Positions 59,357-64,000 of a stretch of DNA of 64,000 nucleotides are shown piece by piece. The notes beneath the pieces are model-generated. The model saw only the letters and a program-made list of their open reading frames with translations, was not told where the DNA came from and ran no database searches. Position 1 is the stretch's first letter, and the number at the start of each line of letters is the position of its first letter. Both the position numbers and the translations under genes were made by a program. The stretch comes from the human T2T-CHM13v2.0 reference genome, Homo sapiens. The stretch lies in the NCBI RefSeq assembly GCF_009914755.1, contig NC_060928.1; one strand, given 5' to 3'.

Positions 59357-61671
59357 TGTTACAGAACAGGCGACCAGATCCATAGCCCAAGTGAGGGTTC
59401 TTGGATCTTGTGCAAAAAAGAATTCAGGGCAAGTCTGCAGTGCAAAGTAAAAGCAAGTTTATTAAGAAAGTAAAGTAGTAAAAGTCCAACAACACCATAG
59501 ACAGAGTAGGGCATTCCAGAAAGATGTTACAGGAAAGGGGTCCTGATCCAGACCCCAAAAGAGGGCTCTTTTTGTTCTTTTCTATAAAAGTTTTTATAGA
59601 AAAACTGAATACCCCTTTAAATTTAGCTAATATGTTCACACATAGATTTTTTTACAATTAATTTTTCACAAACCTTTCATAACTTGCTCAAAGCTTTAGC
59701 TTTATTCTATTTAACTGAAAACATTCTTTAACACCTGAAACTTAGGCAAGAAATCCACATTCCCATGCCTTCTTATAATCTTTCACCAAAAACACATTTC
59801 ACTTCACTTACACGCCTTGCATGTAGAACTGTTTCTTCAGCAGTCTCAAATACATGTTACACTGTTAACTCTTAGCGACTTACTTTTGGTGAAAAGCCTG
59901 GTTAGTAATCGATTTTGATTATGTACTAGGTGTGGAGCCTAGCCTAGGACATACCACGCAGAAGTGCAGATAAGGTCTGACATTTTCTAGCACAGATAGG
60001 GGGCATGGCTAACTCCACATGTTCCCAGGCCTTACCTAGTTGTAAAGCAGGCAAGTCGTACAGTTATGAGTCGTAGTGGCATTTTATGAGGAACCTTCTT
60101 TGCATAGCTAGGGGGCATGGCTAATTCCACATGTCCCTAGGCCTTATCTAGAATCTAATGCTCCAAAGTAGGTACATTGAACAATTTTCAAAAGTCAAAG
60201 AAACAGCTTATGACCTTAAAGCTTTTGTACAACTTAATATCTGACCTGCATAATTTAGACCAACTGTCTTTATTTTACCAATAATCTTTAAAGCTGTCTT
60301 TATTTCCCAGAGATTACTTAAGTCATGTGAACAAAAAGACATTACACTTTTTACTTTTCTGACAAAATATTTGATTTAAGCTCTTGTTATTGAACCAATT
60401 AATTAAAGCTCTTTTATATTACACACACATAATACATATAAATACATAGACAGACAGAAGATAAGTGATCATCCCCCAAGCCGGGAATTTAATCCTGAAC
60501 CCCAGCCACCACTGTGATGGTGGAGACCAAGAGTAGGTACTGCCACATGGCTACAAGGTCAAGGTCCCAAGGACATGACTCACCAGAAAGAAACCTCATA
60601 TAGTTTACACACCCATTCCCCCCCCCCCCCCCCCCCACACACACACAGAAAGAGACAGAGAGAGGCTAGAATTCTGACTAGTAAGAAATTCTTACCCTTT
60701 TGCTGGCACGTGAGGCTTTTGTGTTCCCTTTCTTTGAGTGGTCCTAGTGACCCGGCGGCTGGACCCTAGCCCTGGGGGCCAAGCTGAAATACAAAGGAGA
60801 ATTATCTCTTTTCATCCTGGCCAGAATAAAATATCTGTGACAAAACATAGACATTAACCACTCTGCTTAGTACCCAGTATCAAACTGGCAAGGCTCAAAC
60901 TTGCCCCATCATCGTTAACTCAACCTCCGACCAGGAGTTTCAATATGTGGTCTCTGGGCAAGATGGTAGCCCTGAGTAAAAGAAAAGATAGAAAAGAGAG
61001 AGGAAAGCATTGCATGCAGCGGGGTAGGGAATGTGAAATGCTCAGGGAGGCCAGAGAGGGACACACCCATTGCGGCGACACTGAAAAGTTCAGGCGGCTG
61101 CTGTTGTGAAGGGATTTTTTTTTCAGGGAGTCCCATCAGCTCTCAAGTTTCCCCTTTTCAGGGAGGAAAAAGCTCCCCATGTCCCACGATCCTGTATATA
61201 CCTAATCCTGTCACCCACAGCTGTTAGCAAAGAGTGCAAGGCAGATTATTCCAAAGAGAATAGCAGTTAAAATCCTGTAGTGCCAAACACATTCCTAGCC
61301 AAAAGGGACTTTACTGAGAAGGGCTTTTAACACCCTAAATCTTAGACTGGATTCTAACACTCCTAAGTCAGACCCCTAACCCAGGATCCATCCGGCGTCC
61401 TTGCCTTTTATTAAGAGGATCCTTTAACCCTCTCTGTCTTAGGAGAGACTCTAACTCCCCCAAGTTAGGCTGCTACCTCAACCCCATTCTTTACCCAGAT
61501 ATATGCACCCCACTTAAGCAAAGTCAGCCAATTGGTGCTCGCAGATTATTTCCCTTTGGATCTCGGGTCTCTTCAGTATAGTCCCTTCTGTGGTTCACCA
61601 GAAAGATGTTACCGGACCCCACCACTTACCCAAAGGTAGCCTTTGTGTCCCTTCTGTGGTTGCCAGAAAGA
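59357..61671 (-). mobile_element. MER41-type partial 3' LTR(s) and deleted internal region
   Basis: MER41-like U5/R ends at 59357..59515 and 59525..59570; non-coding MER4-group internal sequence; Arg-type PBS GTCCCTTCTGTGGTTGCCA at 61647-61665; flanks TCTT/CCTT. Confidence 0.75.
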
Positions 61672-62223
61672 TGTTACAGGAAGGTGGTCCTCATCCAGAC
61701 CCCAAGAGAGGGTTCTTAGATCTCGCGCAAGAAAGAATTCAGGGCAAGTCTGTAAAGTGAAAGCAAGTTTATTAGGAAAGCAAAGGAATAAAAGAATGGC
61801 CACTCCATAGACAGAGCAGCCCCAAGGGCTGCTGGTTGCACATTCTTACGGTTATTTCTTGATTATGTGCTAAACAAGGGGTGGATTATTCATGCCTTCT
61901 GTTTTTAGACCACCACATAGGCTAACTTCCTGACATTGCCAGGGCATTTATAAACTGTCATGGCGCTGGTGGGAGTGTAGCAGTGAGGACGACCAGAGGT
62001 CCCTCTTGTGGCCATCTTGGGTTTAGTGGGTTTCAGCCGGCTTCTTTATGACAACCCGTTTTATCAGCAATGTCTTTTTGACCAGTATCTTGTGCCGACC
62101 TCCTATCTCATCCTGTAACTTAGAATGCCTTAACCATCCAGGAATGCAGCCCAGTAGGTCTCAGCCTTATTTTAACCAGCTCCTGTTCAACATGGAGTTA
62201 CTCTGGTTCACATGCCTCTGACA
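61672..62223 (-). mobile_element. MER41A-type LTR (5' LTR)
   Basis: 552 bp; reverse complement TGTCAGAGGCATGTGAACCAGAGTAACTCCATGTTGAACAGG...AATAAACTTGCTTTCACTTTAC...CCTTCCTGTAACA. Confidence 0.92.
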
Positions 62224-62229
62224 CCTTGA

Positions 62230-63400
62230 CCTTCCCATTTCACTCTATCCTGTTCTCATTTTCTACATCACCCCACTTTAAATCCCCAGACCTCTTAATC
62301 ATAACTTCCTTAAAATTACTGTAAACTCTTGCTTATTTATCACTCTGTCCTCTTCAGACAAAATTTAACTCTTGTTAAAGCAACTCTCTGGTAATCTTCA
62401 ACCTGGACCCGCATATTTTAACTGTTTGTATAAAACCTCATAACTATGCTAATTGGTTATGCGATAATTAACCTCCAGCGGGCCCTTAATGCTTGTCAGC
62501 TAGCCTACCATATTTCCGTAATCCTTTAACTTTTCCACTCCTTTTTTCTAGATCAGTGCCTCTCAAACTTGAATCTGCATATAAATCACCTGAGGATCTT
62601 ATATTAAAAACACAGATTCTGATTCAATAGGTCTCTTGTGGGAGCAGTAATTCTGGAGTTTTAACGAGCTCCCAGGTGATGAGTATGCTGCTGATTTGGG
62701 GACCCCACCCTGAGTGGCCTTCCTTTTTATTACATTAACTTGATGACCTTGTTCATATTTCACTGAGAATCAGGTAGAGCTTCCATATGCTTTTCTTCTC
62801 TAAATCTACCAATGTACTTGCATCTGTAGTCACATGCCCCTAATTTCCCTCCTCCAGGAATAGAATTTTATGCTTCTGTTTTTAAGGCCAAATCTACCAT
62901 TTCTTCACTGGCTTCAACTCATCTTCTACTCAGAGCCACTGCTTCAGTAATTCGCTTCTTTCATTCATGTGTACACAATTTTTCATTACACATACAGACT
63001 CATTCTCAAATACATAATAAACCAGTACTTTATTTGAAAAAAAAATCTTTCTTAATCTCACAGCCTCATTATTTGCCTGCATTCCTCTGGTCTCCCCTTT
63101 AGAGAAAAATTCCTTGAAAGAGTTGTCTATATATTATTTTTCTACCTCTTATCCCTCTCTTTTCTTTGAAATCTACTGAACTATGTTTTATAAATTTACT
63201 AAGGACAGCCACATTGCCAAATTCAATGACCAAGTTTTATTACTTATTTTATTGGTCTATCAGTAGTGCTTGATATATTGATTTTTCCCTCCTTCTTCAG
63301 TATTTTTACTTGACTCTAGGGCCAATTCTCTCTCACCATTTCTTCTTGGTCTTCCTTTCTTGTTTCTTATTATCTCTGCAACCTCTACATCAATGATTTT
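62230..63400. mobile_element. Degraded L2-like sequence
   Basis: Pyrimidine-rich L2-like text (CTTCTGTTTTTAAGGCCAAATCTACC, CCTTGAAAGAGTTGTCTAT, CACATTGCCAAATTCAATGACCAAGTTT). Confidence 0.55.
62552..62718. mobile_element. MER5A-like hAT DNA transposon (MITE)
   Basis: CAGTGCCTCTCAAACTTGAATCTGCATATAAATCACCTGAGGATCTT...TTTAACGAGCTCCCAGGTGATG...GGACCCCACCCTGAGTGGC. Confidence 0.8.
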
Positions 63401-63572
63401 TACCACTTTTTTGGCTACACACTAGAATTAACTGAGGACTTTTGGAAACAGATACCTGAGGTTTACCTCCAAAGAATCATAAATAATTGGTTTGGCATGG
63501 AACCTGGGCAAAGGTAGCTTTTCAATATCCCCAGGTGTTTCTAACATGAGTCCAGGTTTGACAGCTACTGCC
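63395..63572. mobile_element. MER5-family DNA transposon fragment
   Basis: TTGGCTACACACTAGAATTAACTGAGGAC...TAATTGGTTTGG...CCCCAGGTGTTTCTAACATGAGTCCAGGTTTGACAGCTACTG. Confidence 0.65.
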
Positions 63573-64000
63573 CAGCCTCAATTGGACCTCTTCATCATTT
63601 AGATTTACTCCTAGGTGATGCCACTTTGAAAAAGGAAACACATTTCTTATCAAGTGTGCGAGACAGTCAGATATCAGGAGTACTGACTTACCAAATAAAG
63701 AACACAGGGCATATCTGAAGGGTGGAAAATCTAAAAATCGATCGAAGTTACTAAATTTTCATTAGTCTATTCACAGTGGGAAGACAACTTTCTGAAATGA
63801 TTATTATATTCATAAAGGCCATGACATATATTTAGATATCAATATATCATAACTCAGGGATTACTTCTTTGTGTTACAAATTCCAGATTTGTAAACAATA
63901 TCCAAGGTTTTATTATTTCGAGTACCAGAACCAGTTAAAGAAATCCTATTAGTTTTGTTTCAGTCTCAGAATGTACAGTTTTTGTTTTGTTTTGTTTGCT

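Noticed and set aside
59995-60152. ~45-bp direct repeat TAGGGGGCATGGCTAA.TCCACATGT.CC.AGGCCTTA.CTAG
   Set aside because: Only two diverged copies, inside a MER4-group internal region where such repeats are common; no sign of a separate function.
60617-60647. Poly-C run followed by (CA)n, a potential G-quadruplex on the minus strand
   Set aside because: A simple-repeat expansion inside an ERV internal region, with nothing to suggest function.

Overview
This is primate (almost certainly human) AT-rich genomic DNA made almost entirely of transposable elements. I found no host protein-coding gene, RNA gene or CRISPR array, and nearly all ORF-track entries are decayed retroelement fragments or antisense noise. 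From left to right: (1) the 3' end of an env-retaining HERV-H provirus with an LTR7Y-type LTR, inserted into the 3' LTR of a minus-strand MER4-group provirus, which is itself inserted into a THE1 LTR; (2) a complete minus-strand Harlequin provirus (LTR2, HERV-E/HERV-I/MER4 mosaic) with an AAAC target-site duplication (TSD); (3) a near-full-length L1MA1/2-type LINE carrying two Alus inside an MLT1 LTR; (4) several solo LTRs; (5) an old, rearranged L1 with a ~420-bp inverted duplication and two nested, opposite-orientation MaLR proviruses; (6) a full-length decayed L1PA7-like LINE; (7) MER4-group solo LTRs; (8) a deleted MER41 provirus. I see no evidence of a new enzymatic or genetic system. The observations most worth following up are structural or regulatory: the LTR7Y HERV-H env that is frame-intact apart from two stops, the triple ERV nesting, the Harlequin double-env mosaic and the local inverted duplication. 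Family names come from my recall of consensus sequences rather than a database search, so subfamily calls need RepeatMasker/Dfam confirmation.
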